From Adineta vaga (lineage: Eukaryota; Animalia; Rotifera), in the NCBI GenBank assembly GCA_021613535.1, contig CP075494.1, forward strand, positions 4,340,001-4,404,000: a stretch of DNA of 64,000 nucleotides, in the 5' to 3' direction. Of the stretch, positions 13,867 to 27,056 are shown in pieces. The notes under the pieces were generated by a model, which worked only from the letters and a program-made list of their open reading frames with translations, did no database searches and was not told where the DNA came from. Every line of letters begins with the position of its first letter. The stretch's first letter is position 1. The translations under genes were made by a program, and so were the position numbers.

Positions 13867-14732
13867 TCAAGTTGGTAATCGAAGATATTTATTCATTGAA
13901 CGTCGTGGCGGAATGATGGCATCAAAAGCTGCGAATAGAGTCTTGCCATTTACATTTCCTTCTTTACGTTCTACTGACCAACCTTTATACCATGGCATAT
14001 TTTCCGATGCTTCAATCATATTATCACCATGCCATCCAGAAATAGGAACAAAAGCAATCGTTTCTGGTTGATAACCAATTTTTTTCATATATGAAGATAA
14101 TTCATGTTTGATTTCATTAAAACGTGCTTCAGAAAATGCTGGTTCAGTTAAATCCATTTTATTGACAATAACAATCATCTGTTTTACGCCTAATGTATAT
14201 ACTAATAGAGTATGTTCACGAGTTTGACCTGCTCTTGAAAAACCAGCTTCAAATTCACCAACACTAGCTGCTACTACCAATAGTGCACAATCAGCCTAGA
14301 CACATAATATGAATTCTTCATTGTGAACTATAAATGAATATAGAGATGTGTATACCTGCGAAGTACCAGTTATCATATCCTTTACAAGATCATTACGAGT
14401 TGGAACATCGATAACATTTATAACATTTGAATTGGTTTCGAATTGAGGAAGTGAATTATCGATTGTTATATCACGTTCTCTAGAAGATCTCAATTTATTC
14501 ATGATCCATAGATATTTAAATGAACCTTTGCCCATCTATTCAATATTTCAAATATATATAATATTAGAGTTTTTAAAAAAATCATTACTTCAATAGCTTC
14601 TTTTTCATATCTTTCGAATATTTGTCTATCGATACCACCACATTTGTAAATTAAATGAACAGATGTCGTCGATTTTCCTGAATCTACATGACCAATAACA
14701 ATAACATTTATACGTGTTTTATCTTTATTCAT
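13867..14732 (-). CDS. Divergent, truncated elongation factor 1-alpha paralog (G domain only, ~250 aa); may be a pseudogene
   Basis: Exons 14589-14732, 14356-14535 and 13867-14295 splice in frame. Retains [36 protein letters not shown] and [10 protein letters not shown]. Ends RLPT* followed in frame by DVYN (canonical RLPLQDVYK); no domain II/III sequence recognised after that. Confidence 0.85.
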
Positions 14733-15791
14733 CGAATGCAACAATTCAATTCAACGAGTCGACTAGCAGATTTATTGTTATTTAGTATGACGGCATATTT
14801 CACAATTGTTTACGTCAAAAACTAAAAGAAATGAACTCACTTTTTCGAAAAAATATTTTTGCTTATATATATATGAGTCATAAAGAAGTTTTGTTTTTTT
14901 CTTTTGTATTGAGAGTCTGTTGAATAAAGTTGGTTGGGCAATAACAGTCGTTGTAGGTGCAATTCTTTCTGATGTGTTGTTATTCTGGTACATGACCATC
15001 TAATGGCGTTTTTTTTTCAACACACTGCTAAATGTTAATCAAAACAAATAAATGCACGAAACTATGCTGCTTATTATTCAGTAAATTTCGAAAATAGGAT
15101 GATTGCTTCTCCATCAGATCCCTATGGAAGGACAGAAAGCAGAAGTTGATCAAATGTTACGGTTTGTCACACAAAATTAACTCGATGAAATAACTTCATT
15201 TGTAGAGTAGTCTCAATACAACAGTTAAATCTATATATAAACCAATTAAGTACTCTCGATGTACTACACATATAATAATCATCTTCGCGAGTTGTTTATG
15301 AAAGATGTGGGCTCACTTACGTTTGTTCCTTGCTATCATCAATTGTGCAGATATTACCATCTTATTCATTTCAAATTTCTTTCATATAATTTTTCGATAA
15401 AAACTTTCATTGAACGCCGATAACATTTGATAAATTACTTGGATGTATGAAATAATCGAGACCACTTCCATTCTAATATATCGTTGTGAGTCGTTATATC
15501 ATGAGAAAAAAGAACGAGTAGATGATTCAGTTATGATTAATATTGTCAGTTACGACTGGAATGTACTTTTAGAAGAATAAATCATACACATACGTACAGG
15601 AGATGTAGAAAACATAAAGAAATGACTGAATTTTGTTTACATCACCTTATCATTCTATAAAATAGTACATTTACGATGTACTTTTAAAGAAGAAGAACGA
15701 TGACGCATAACCAATAAACGTATGCTTTGTAACTTTAGATATAAAAGCATGGATCCAACGTAGACGATGTATGTCTATTTCAACTTAAAAA

Positions 15792-16909
15792 ATGAATCCA
15801 AACTCAATCTTTTCTACAGTTTTGGTTATATGTCTCATTTACCTCTCACCAAATTCCGTTCAAGGTTAGAATTATTAATTCACGAATGAATACTGTTAAT
15901 AATCTTCTGTATTTTATTTCGTATAGGATCGGATCGTTGTCGTCGAGCAACGTCAACATGTATTCTTACGCCTGAAACAACGGAAGGTCCATATTCATGG
16001 AATACAACGTTGATGCGTCAAAATATCTCGTAAATATATCATCACTGGAACAACTATTTTACTCAACAATTTCTCTTTGTTTTGTTTTTCAGAGAAGATC
16101 GTGCAGGAATTCCATTTCGATTATTTGCAACAGTTATGAATATCAATACATGTGAACCTATTGCAAATGCAGCTGTCGAAATTTGGCATTGTGATGCACT
16201 TGGTATTTATTCTCATTTCATTCAAGCAAGTAGTAATGTACAAAATGCTAAAACTGATAATTCAACTTATCTTAGAGGTAAGAAGATACTTTTGATGTAT
16301 CCATGACAATTCTCATTCTCTCGTGACTAATGAATTGCAGGTATGCAATTAACGAATGCAAGTGGTACTGCTACATTTGATACGATCTATCCAGGTTGGT
16401 ATGTATCTCGTGCGACACATATTCATGTACGTGTTCATCTGAATGGTATTTACGTCACATCCACTGGTTATTACTCCAGTGGAAGTCTTGTCAAAACTGG
16501 TCAATTATTTTTTAATGATTCATTAACTGATTTAGTTGCAAAACAAACACCTTATTCAACTCATTCAATTACACGTACATTAAATAGTGTTGATTCAATC
16601 TATAAAAGTAGTACGGTTACATTGATGGATATCCAATATGTAAATTCAGTAAATGGATTATCAGGTGGTTTGGTTACATCAGCAACACTTGGTATTTCTT
16701 CTTCTTCTTCTTCTTCTTCTTCTTCATCATCATCATCATCTGTTTCATCTTCAACAACAGAAGCGTCATCATTAAGTACAACTGCATCAACAAAATCGTC
16801 ATCAACTACAGCTTCAACTACTAAGACGACATCCAGATCAACTACAGTACGAACAACAACGACACGCCGTGCATCAATAGGTGGTCAGAATAACCAACAA
16901 CGACCATGA
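15792..16909 (+). CDS. Secreted intradiol ring-cleavage dioxygenase-like protein with Ser/Thr-rich tail
   Basis: Exons 15792-15864, 15927-16029, 16093-16277 and 16341-16909. Signal peptide, CILTPETTEGPY, VEIWHCDALGIYS, YLRG, TIYPGWY, RATHIHVRVH and TGQLFF; the Tyr/Tyr/His/His iron ligands are present. Confidence 0.92.
16697..16741 (+). repeat. (TCT)n(TCA)n trinucleotide run encoding poly-Ser
   Basis: Directly visible inside the last exon of the dioxygenase. Confidence 0.9.
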
Positions 16910-17469
16910 GAGCGATTGTTTTGATAAATATTCCGTTTGTTGTTGTCCATCGAACTGACTATTTTAATACAGATGGTTTTTTTTTAATATGCTTTTTAAA
17001 TTGTAACTTGGTAAATATTTCTTTCTGATAAACAATTCGAAGATGTCCTTTTTTTTAATCAGTTGAATCTTTCTGGATATTCATTTTCATAAATGATAAG
17101 TATGTTGATTAAGCATGCTTCATTTCGATATTTTTTTCTAAAATAATGATTGAATTCTTGAATTAAAATTATTTCTTATGCATTCACAATTGATTCTGCT
17201 TAAAACAATCAAATATGATTATCGTTTACACGAACTATTTCTATCAGCCAACATCCTCACTCACACCCGCAAAATACATTTCTTTACGATACGAAACGAT
17301 ATTATTCAGAAATCATTGTTGTAACGATGACGATGTTTCTCGTTTGACATCATATCTATGTAGAATATTTTACATCTGGTCAGTTTATACTGCTTTCTCA
17401 CGATGCTTCATCATTCTTTTATTTCCACAATAAATATTACGATTTTTTCCTTCATTCTTAATACTGATC

Positions 17470-17949
17470 ATGTTTCACCCAATGACAATTTCGGTTTTCT
17501 TTGTTACACTGATTATTATATCGCATGTGTACAGTATTGAAGATTCGTGTGGTGCTGGATTCAATTTATATAGCGGATGCAGTGGAACAATTACTACTTC
17601 CAGAGATTGCAAAACTTCTAAACTTAATTTGGGTAATACGACTATAACAACGTGTAATCCTGTTGGATTATTTTGGTCCTATCCAACTGATAATTTAACG
17701 TTAACAATTGAAACATTATTTACGAAAGAACATCGAGCTTATAAAATTGTAATTGATAATAAACAATTAAGTGGAGCTATTTCACATGTTTATCGAATTA
17801 TTAATGGTAAAGAAACAGAAGTTACAACAACTGATGAAAAACTTTTTCAAACTTCAGATACCAATTACCAAGTAATTCTTAAACTTCAAGGTCCTCCAAC
17901 TATATACTACTACGGAGTATTCATTGATTACCAAGTTATCGAAATATAA
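17470..17949 (+). CDS. Small secreted protein of unknown function
   Basis: 159-aa intronless ORF with a signal peptide, 4 N-terminal Cys and beta-strand-like composition; AATAAA at ~17992. Confidence 0.7.
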   Translation: MFHPMTISVFFVTLIIISHVYSIEDSCGAGFNLYSGCSGTITTSRDCKTSKLNLGNTTITTCNPVGLFWSYPTDNLTLTIETLFTKEHRAYKIVIDNKQLSGAISHVYRIINGKETEVTTTDEKLFQTSDTNYQVILKLQGPPTIYYYGVFIDYQVIEI

Positions 17950-19325
17950 TCTGATTGATAAAAAGTATTGAACTTCAGAAGAAAAAATTAAAATAAATGT
18001 ATTTCATTTCATATGAACCATATAAAAATAACTTAACTTACTGTCTAATTAAGCATCAGTCTAGGAAATAACAGCATGCTGATAAAAACGAATGAATTCA
18101 AATAGTTACTTAAGAAAAGTCTCACAGGACTGTATTATTTAATCAGAATAAAAATGCTATTGAAAAATGATCCTGATATACAAAGACCTATAACTTATGT
18201 AAATTATCAGCGGTTATCAACTGATGAACAAAAAGCATTCGTTGATCTTTGTCATCTATGATATCAGTCAAGTACAACATCAACTCACTTTCGCCGATAC
18301 TTGTATTTCAACATGCATTAGATCAATCTATGTATTATAGTCAGTTTAACATTAACTATTGAAACACCATTTACCAGAAAACTATGAGAGATGCGTATGC
18401 TATAAATTATTCGCCAAGAATGAATAAGAGAATGTAGCATTCGTCAACTATGGGTTTTTTTCGGTGAATTCATAGAGACTGTTATTTTAATTCACGATTC
18501 GTTTGGAAGTATTGTGTAATAAAGAAGGATTCATGTTTTGTATTTCAAGAGCAAAAGAAAAATAAACAATGGTATTCTTCCCACATAATAATATAAAGCA
18601 CAGCATGAGAAACTCGTTACGTACACAACAGCATTCTTTTAATACACGAAAAGAAATGTTTTTTTTGAATTAAGTAAGATTTTATGAAATATCGAAATGG
18701 AAAAATACACAGTATGTCTGACCGGTTAACTACTATACAAAGTCAATAAAAAGGATTCTTCATCATTTGAAATTTAATTTTTCTCAGAGCGAGATTGGAA
18801 GAAAACTGTTTCATGTCAATATTTCTACTGTACACGAAGTAAGCAATAGGCATTCATTTTGAAATTTTACTCGATTTCGAACACATTAAAATACAAGTTG
18901 AATTAGTACAGGTAAGAAACGATTCAAATAATTGATTGCATATATACAATAGATATCAGTTGAAGTAACGAATTCACTCACTCATAAACAGTATCAATAC
19001 ATGTATATCTGTATTGGTTCCAGGCTCTCAAAACTTTCATATACTATAGTCTCTAACGCAGTAATTTACAATGTACAGAAATCGTATCTAGAACACTACA
19101 ACAATTGAACTACGTACAAAACTCTACTAATATTATATAGACAAGTACAACTTTTTCTTTATGAACGTCATCATCGACCCTAACCGTATAGAGCCGCATT
19201 GAATATTCGTTGAAATAACATCATTAATACTAGAAACAGCACTGAGTAAGGTTGATTTAGTTTTAATATTTGATTTCAGATATAAACTCAAAGCTATCCA
19301 AATATTTTATTGAAATAAATACAAC

Positions 19326-22103
19326 ATGCATTCATTTACTGAACCAACTCTTTCTTCATCAGCTAAAAAAACTAGTGATGAAAAACGATCGGATTATTTA
19401 CGGCAACATCTTACGAAAAGTCCAACTGTACATCCGATGCCATCAGTTGCAAATAGTCGATCACCATCAAAAGCTGCCTCACCCCTATCATCTCATGCCA
19501 ATCAATTCAAATACATGATTATGATGGGTAGTGAAAAAAATAACCAGAATGATTCATTGTTTAGAGAAAACAGCTATATATCTAACAATCCAAATGCGTC
19601 GATTGAAGGAGTTGTTTTTGATATTATCAACAAAGATTTAGGAAATGATCAAACAAAATCTTTACCAATGAAAATTGCTGTAGTATCGAATAATAAGATT
19701 GTCGATGATTATCAAAAGTCAATTGATTCCGTAATACATCAATCATCATCCATACTTTATATATTAATAATACCACAATTGCCCACACCTGCCTCAACAA
19801 CGAACGGGTATGTAACAGAAGTTTTTTCGAAAGTAAAGTGATTTATTTTTTATTCTAGTTCATTAAGCGCAGATCAGAAAACGTTGATTCAATCATTTAA
19901 ATATCATTCATTTAGCAACGCAAATCACATATTCATCTATCATGCTAATGAAAAAGGAGAAGAATCATCAACACAATCAAAGCAAATTTCAAATCGATTT
20001 TTTATTTTACGAGATGTTCATCCAGAATTAACACTGGAATTAATTCGTAAAAAGGTTAAAGAAGAAAAACTAAATGACACAGGTGATCAACATATATGGT
20101 ACAATCGAAAATGTCTAACAACAACAAACGAATCGGTTCACTTAGAACATTTTCGAAATCAGTATAAAATTGATGCAAATCGATCAATTATTTCCTTTCA
20201 TTTACAAAAAAAGCAAGGTGACGATGCAGCGAAAATCGAGAAAGATATAGATGTGCATTTCGATGCATTTATATTGTTTATACGGCTGTCACTGGAAGAT
20301 ATTATATTTAATGAGCAATATGCAGAACGAATGCAACAATTTTTTACCTGGTGCGATAGAGACAAATCAAATACGTTAGAAAGACAAGAAGTTGAAATTG
20401 GTCTCTTGACAATATTGAAACTAATGATTAACACTGAAGAACATCAATCATTAGATATTCCAGGGGTAAAAACGAAGAAAAAGTTAACATTTACAGCTTA
20501 TGATTTACTACCTATTTGCGATCTACCAACGCGACAATGGACAGTTGAACAATTCAAATGTTTACTTTTGGATACTCTTGTGGAGCATAGTAAATATAAC
20601 TGTCTTTTCGAATCTTCTGCAGCCAACCAAGATTTGAAATCCTTATATGACGATGTTCAACAGGAATATTTGAAGCCGTTGAAGGAAACAATAAGTACCA
20701 AATTGTTCATACCAAAAATAAGTGAATTGAAAATAGTTCCATGGAAACAAATATTTAAAGCTATTGGAATTGCTATAATGGCACTACTTTTCCTACCCAT
20801 TTTTGTTTTTTATGTGTTTAGATATCTCATTCGAGATATAGATTTTAAAGGGCAACTTCTTTTAAAAATCGTAATCTACGCAATGGTTGTGGTACTGATG
20901 GTTCTCTCCATAGTTATGTACATCGACTACGTCGGCATCATAATCTATCATTATTTTGCAAGTGAAATTAACTACTGGAATATTACTTTTCTCGAAGCAT
21001 ATTGGCCGTTTGTGCTGCATGTATATGCGATTTTAATGCTTGGAATGTTCTGTTATCACAATTTTATATTCGAAGGAAAAAGACAGAAACAATTACTTGT
21101 AGAGCGTCGTTATGAGGATTCACGGTATGACGTTTATGCGAAAAATGCAGTGCCTATTCCAACCAACATACTAGAACCACCCAAAGATTCTGATGGGTCT
21201 TGTAAAGACATTCTATTAGCATGGTTGGGTATCTTCATTTATATGGGCATAGCAATCACCCGTGTGTTTATGCCAGAAGTATTGCGTAAGCATGCTTCTC
21301 AAATTCAATTCAATCCATCACCAACGCTCAATTATACGAATATGCCTTGGACTGGACAGATTGTTCTATACTCGTATTGGGGAGCAGGACTAGTTTATAA
21401 TTTCTACTTTTACGGAATGATTTTAGCAGCCTTGGTGTATTACATCAAATTAGCGACACAGGTGAACCAAATTATGGCTAGTGTAACGAATAACGATCGT
21501 TTTATTGAGCACAATTCTGATGCCTATTATAATCTAAAGAAACCGACGAATGTCGACTACTTTCTTAGTCGATTCAAAAGAGAAGTAGCGAATACAGATT
21601 CTCACGGTTATTATCTGGCTACAATCTCTTACGCACTCGTTATAGATGCAATCTTTATATTGATCGCAGCATTTCGTCTATTATTTGTAACTACTACAGT
21701 GAATGCGCTTACCGTTTTACTGCTGGTCGATATTATATGTCTTTCTGAGATGATTATTGCATTTGTGATGATTGTTGCTAGTATCAACCAAAGAATAACA
21801 ACGGATGCTCAGCAACTTATTAAACGAACCATAACGGAAACAACAGCAAAGTTAATCAGTATAAGATTATTGAAAGAAAAAACAGAAAATGATGAACAGG
21901 AAGAAGAAGCATTGGATAATGGAATTGAATATCTATCAGCCATGGCGGATTTCATTGAGAATGAGAAAAAAAGTTACTGTATATATCTTTTCCATTTAAT
22001 TGTGATCGACATGGATATAGTTATTAGAATTGCGGTATCTGCTCTCGTTGGCATAGTTTCGTCAGTATTCACATTTATCAAAAGTAAATCGCTTTTGGCA
22101 TAA
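19326..22103 (+). CDS. EF-hand-containing multi-pass membrane protein, PHTF/gustatory-receptor-like (7TMIC) C-terminal region, ~908 aa
   Basis: A 51-bp intron at 19808-19858 joins the two ORFs in frame (482+2245 nt). EF-hand loop DRDKSNTLERQE, 7-8 hydrophobic segments, and a C-terminus YCIYLFHLIVIDMDIVIRIAVSALVGIVSSVFTF. Confidence 0.75.
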
Positions 22104-22379
22104 TAAACTTCTTTATATTGTTAAAACTGATTTTTGAAACTTTTATTTTTTTTTTGAGTACTCCATTAAAATAAATAAAACATTTACTGTGATATATCTG
22201 AACGATGCAATTTCACTCTCTGTATGCCCCTAGCTTGCATCATGATCATTTCATCTTGCACTATATAACATAATTATTCTCTTTACGTGATTCATCCATC
22301 TGCTCAACATAAAAAGAACGACAGAGAAAAACATTCTGATAAGAACAACGCGTATTGTTTTTTATACAACGTAATTCTT

Positions 22380-22433
22380 TTTCTTCTTTCAAGTCAACAA
22401 TATATGATTAGAAAAGTGAAGAAGTTCACCGAA
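22380..22433 (+). repeat. Diverged third copy of a non-coding motif also present upstream of the duplicated Q/N-rich genes
   Basis: tttcttctttcaagtcaacaatatatgattagaaaagtgaagaagttcaccgaa versus tttcttctttcaaatcagcaatatgattagaaaagtgaagaagtacatcgaa at ~42155-42206 and ~47091-47142. Confidence 0.7.
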
Positions 22434-23643
22434 GCCGTATTTGGTTATTGCTTTTTTTTTCACCTAAAATTTCTTTCATCCACACCCACACCCTTCAGAT
22501 GTACATCGATCGATAATTTGAAGACAATTATTGAAACATCATTTACTCAAAAATAATGATCACATACACTCCAATGAAATGAAAGAGAGTTCAAAAAAAG
22601 AAAATTTTATATGTTGATCGAATAAGTGAGGATTGAAATACTTAATTATTAAAATGAATCGCGCAATGACAGAAATCTATAATATAATTTATGTTCTTTC
22701 GTTTTTTTTCCTCTTTTATCGTAATTAGGTTTGTTTTTTTTCACATTAAGATTGACAACGGATGAAAAGGCGAACAGGAAGCTTTTATAAATTAGAAAAA
22801 TAATTTATTCTTTCAGAAGCTAATCCTAGAAACAAGCACTTCTGACACGAATATGTTCTTATGGAATATACTTCTCTTTTGAACAAAAATGCGTTTTTCT
22901 GTCTGAAGTACAATATGAAATAAAGCAATATAGTTACTAAAAGATTAGAAACTCCTATAGTGTTACAAATGTTAAATAAAATCATGCATCATAATTATAT
23001 GTATTGGATTTGTCTTCAATTTTTTCATATTTACTCGATTAAATCGTTGCCATAATATTTTACAGTAAGTTTTAGTACCAATTAATCTTTTTCTAGTACT
23101 ATAATAGTATTTGTATTATTCATGCATTGATTTCTTTATTAAATAATTTCGAAATAAAGTTTTTTATTCTCGCTATTCGTGTAGTTCAACGTTGCTTGCT
23201 CATTAGTGACTATATACTAACAACAATTTTATATTCACAATTTACGAGTGCATTTATTCCGAGTTCAGTTCAAATAAAGATTGTATAGCTAACAGTATAA
23301 TGAAAATCTATTTATATAGTCATTCCTTTTTCTTTTGTCATGAATCGTATTAGTATAATGATGAATGCTGTAGCTTCTCTTATAATTATTCACAAAAGTA
23401 CATTGATTAATCCAAGCATGGATTTGAGTAAATCTCCTAGTATTTATTGTAGAGCTGTTCATGACATGTTCTATCTCTGAAAAAAGATTATATCCTTCCA
23501 TTATTCTACTTATAGTCAATTAAATTTGATTTATCTCTTATCAAGAATATCACGCAAAGTAAGTATCTATATAATATGCGATACGAAAGGACGAAACATC
23601 TCATTAATTTCTTTTATATATTGTCATTACATTAGGAGACAAC

Positions 23644-24679
23644 ATGGATCCTTGGATAATATCATTTCTCGGTTATCTTTCACAACAATTGGCTATTTAT
23701 TTAGGAATTACAATGTTAATTGCTGGTTTATTAGGAGGACTATTAACCATTGTTGTATTTCTTAGTCTACATACATTTCGAGAGAATTCTTGTGCATTCT
23801 ATTTAACTATTATGTCAATTTTCAATATTGGAAATTTACTTGGTGGCTTATTTACTCGTATAATTATTAGTGGTTTTGGTATTGATTGGACATTGAGTTC
23901 ACCATTTTATTGTGCATTTCGATGGTATTATCTTTACTTTGGTGTTTTAACGTCATTTTCAATGATTTGTTTTGCAATCATTGATCAATATTTAGCAACA
24001 TGTTCTCATCCTTATTGGCAACAATGGAGTAATATTAAATTTGCTCGTCGTCTATCTTTAGCAGTGATTCTTATATGGCCTATTCTTGGAGTACCTTACA
24101 TGTTCTTTTTTCAAGTTATTGAACAACCATCGTCGCAAAAAAAGATATGTACGAGTGTCAATACAGTTTTTTTCAAATATCATACTTATGTTTATATAAT
24201 TACTCTTTCCGGTATTTTACCGATTTTTATTACAATTTTATTTGGATATTTAGCCTATCAAAATGTTCAAACATTAGCTCATCGAACATTACCATTAGTT
24301 CGACGTGAATTAGATAAACAAATGACAAAAATAGTTCTTACTCAAGTTGTTCATAATGCTTTTGTATCGATTCCTTATGTAGTTATTATTGCAATTATGA
24401 ATAGTCCTTCTGCTCCAACGAATCCAACGACAGTTGCTGTATTACAATTTGCTCTTCTGATCACAATCTATTTGTATTATTTCAATTATATGGTTAGTAA
24501 TTTGATTTTCATAAATCGAAATCTTTTTCTTTATTATGTTTTAGAGTCCATTTTACATTTATTTTGCTTCATCTGAACGATTTCGTCAACAATTATTTTT
24601 TGTTCTATTTAAAATTCATCTGAAACGATGGCGACGAAGAAAAGGACTTGTAGATCAAGGCAATCCGCAGTTTTTATAG
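23644..24679 (+). CDS. Orphan rhodopsin-family GPCR
   Basis: FRENSCAFYL, AIIDQY, PLVRRELDKQ. Intron 24493-24544 adds the exon SPFYIYFASSERFRQQL...PQFL*. Confidence 0.9.
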
Positions 24680-24965
24680 ACACGAACTAATAGAACTGTA
24701 GCTTTGTAAAATATACTAATAAATGAATTCAAAGATTAAATTTAGAATATATATGAAATGGTACGTTAATAACAGAAATAAATCGACACTGATACGCAAT
24801 CATGCATTACTAATAAATAAACTATAATGAGTTTCTTTTAATGACATAGATGATGAAACTATTTTAAAAGTATGTCATATTATAAAAAAATGATTCTTCG
24901 TTCATCCATTGCAAAAAACAAGCTGTTTCTTTTCATTTTCCCTTATTCATCAATTCTCAAGAGAA

Positions 24966-25450
24966 ATGTCTTTACTATCATCACTATATAACATTTAACA
25001 ATATGTAATTGTAATTGATAGTCCAATATTGATAGTTATTAGAAGTATTATTTGTCTAATAAATCTAATAGTTTTCACAAAGAATACTTAACGAGAAAAT
25101 CCATGTACACTCTGTTTTATTGCTATGAATATCGTGAATTTTCTATATTTTTACTTTGATTTACTACCGACAATGCTTTCAATTGGTTATAATATTGATC
25201 CAAGTAGACATAATATTATGTTTTGTCGATTACGTTATTATACTGCCTGTGTTTTGACGAGTTAGCAATTATCTTGTCTCATTTTAGCTGCCATAGATCG
25301 TCTATGTATTACTTCACCAAATGCTAACATACGAAAATTTAGTACCCGTCGTTTCATCATTATATGCATGATCAATCTATCTTTATTTTTCTTAATATTT
25401 CAAAGTCATGCATTGATTTTTACAGAAATTTTGCAATTTCCACCGGGTAC
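24966..25450 (+). pseudogene. GPCR pseudogene (TM1-TM4 remnant)
   Basis: Reads MSLLSSLYNI*QYV...KNT*RENPCTLCF...FCRLRYY...TS*QLSCLILAAIDR..., with three in-frame stops and truncation after TM4. Confidence 0.85.
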
Positions 25451-26177
25451 GACGTCCGACAATGAATTCTCGAATTTTGAATAGTAGAACGAAGCCAGTT
25501 TGTAGATCATATATATTTCAGTCGAAAGATCAACAATCATGCCGATCTATTTGCACATAACACAATATAATGAAAAAAGTACCGAACAATCGATTATACA
25601 ATTAACATTCTTATGATACTTTGTCGATAACAGTATTGTTTGTTATACAAATATTCTAGTTTCAAAAATGTATCGTACAGAATTGATACGTATATTCTCT
25701 AACACGTATGTTTTTTATGTTCATCATTTGAAATAATATAACCCTATGCTGTCGTAATCGTTTCTATTATCAAAATCTGACACGCTCGAAACAGTTCATT
25801 ATAGAGAACATTATTCATGTGCTTTGTTTTTCTTTTCTTTTTTGACTTTTACCGATGATATTTACATTCATTAAATATCTCAATGCATAGACTATAGCGA
25901 TGAAGTATGAGTTTTTAATCTGCTCTTACATTGAATGAAAATGGTTTATGCTAAAAAAAACATGTGAAGACTGCATGTAATTCTTACATTATGTATCTTA
26001 ATGAAAAAGAGCGGAAGTAGAAAAGAAACAAAATGAACGTTAGCTAGTTCTATTATAACATCAAAGAAGGAAAGAATAAAGAATTCAATAGTAGAATCAT
26101 CTTTTTTTATTCATTTGATAATTGACATACAGCGAGTAGACAAGTATCGACAGCTAATATTAATTTAAATTAAAAAA

Positions 26178-27056
26178 ATGCCTTCGGAGCTTTTCTACTC
26201 GTTCAACTTTTCTATTTCTATCATAATTTCGATTATCGGTTTTGGATTTAATTTTCTAATCATAATTATTATCATTAATCATCGAAAATGTCATACTGTG
26301 AACTACTTACTTACCAGTGATTTATGTATTTCTTCACTTATCTATTTCATTTTACATCTGATTGGATGTTATTTTGGTATTCGTCATGATTGGCAATTCA
26401 ATCAACCATTATGTGTTTTTCGAGCCTATTGTATCATGGTATCTCTATCTGCTATGACTTATTCATTTTTAATACAAGCAATTAGTCGATTATTTTTTTC
26501 TGTTTTTTATACACATAGATTTTTACTTAATTGGCGTACGCATTGGATTTTAGTTCTATTAAAATGGTTCGTTAGTTTTGTATTAGGAATAAGACCAGTT
26601 CTTATTGAACATGGATTTGAATTGATCAAAGAACATCGAATGTGTGGAATTAAAACAAATAAACGAACTATTGCACCTTATTCAATTGGTCTCGTTTATG
26701 TTCTTCCGAAAAGTATTGCAATTATAGTTTATGGTATAATTTTCTATCAAGTTCGTCTCTCATCCAATCGAGTCAAATCAAGAAATGTATCAAATTTTAC
26801 AACTGCTTGTATCACTCTTACGTTTTTCAAAAAAAACTTGATTCTCATGCGAAATATGTTAATTATTTTAAATATTCTTCTATGTGGAGGAGCACCATAC
26901 TTAATTTTGATACTATGGGATTTGATTCTCAATGGAAGTGCACCAAAAGAATTGTATTTTTTGTCGGTGAATTCATTAGTATTAGCGGCGACAGTTATGG
27001 CAATCGTCACATTTTACAAAGATAGAAAAATTAGAAATCATGTATGTGATTGTTAA
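26178..27056 (+). CDS. Orphan rhodopsin-family GPCR, intronless
   Basis: 292 aa, 7 hydrophobic segments, LCVFRAY, QAISR, CGGAPY. Confidence 0.85.
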   Translation: MPSELFYSFNFSISIIISIIGFGFNFLIIIIIINHRKCHTVNYLLTSDLCISSLIYFILHLIGCYFGIRHDWQFNQPLCVFRAYCIMVSLSAMTYSFLIQAISRLFFSVFYTHRFLLNWRTHWILVLLKWFVSFVLGIRPVLIEHGFELIKEHRMCGIKTNKRTIAPYSIGLVYVLPKSIAIIVYGIIFYQVRLSSNRVKSRNVSNFTTACITLTFFKKNLILMRNMLIILNILLCGGAPYLILILWDLILNGSAPKELYFLSVNSLVLAATVMAIVTFYKDRKIRNHVCDC

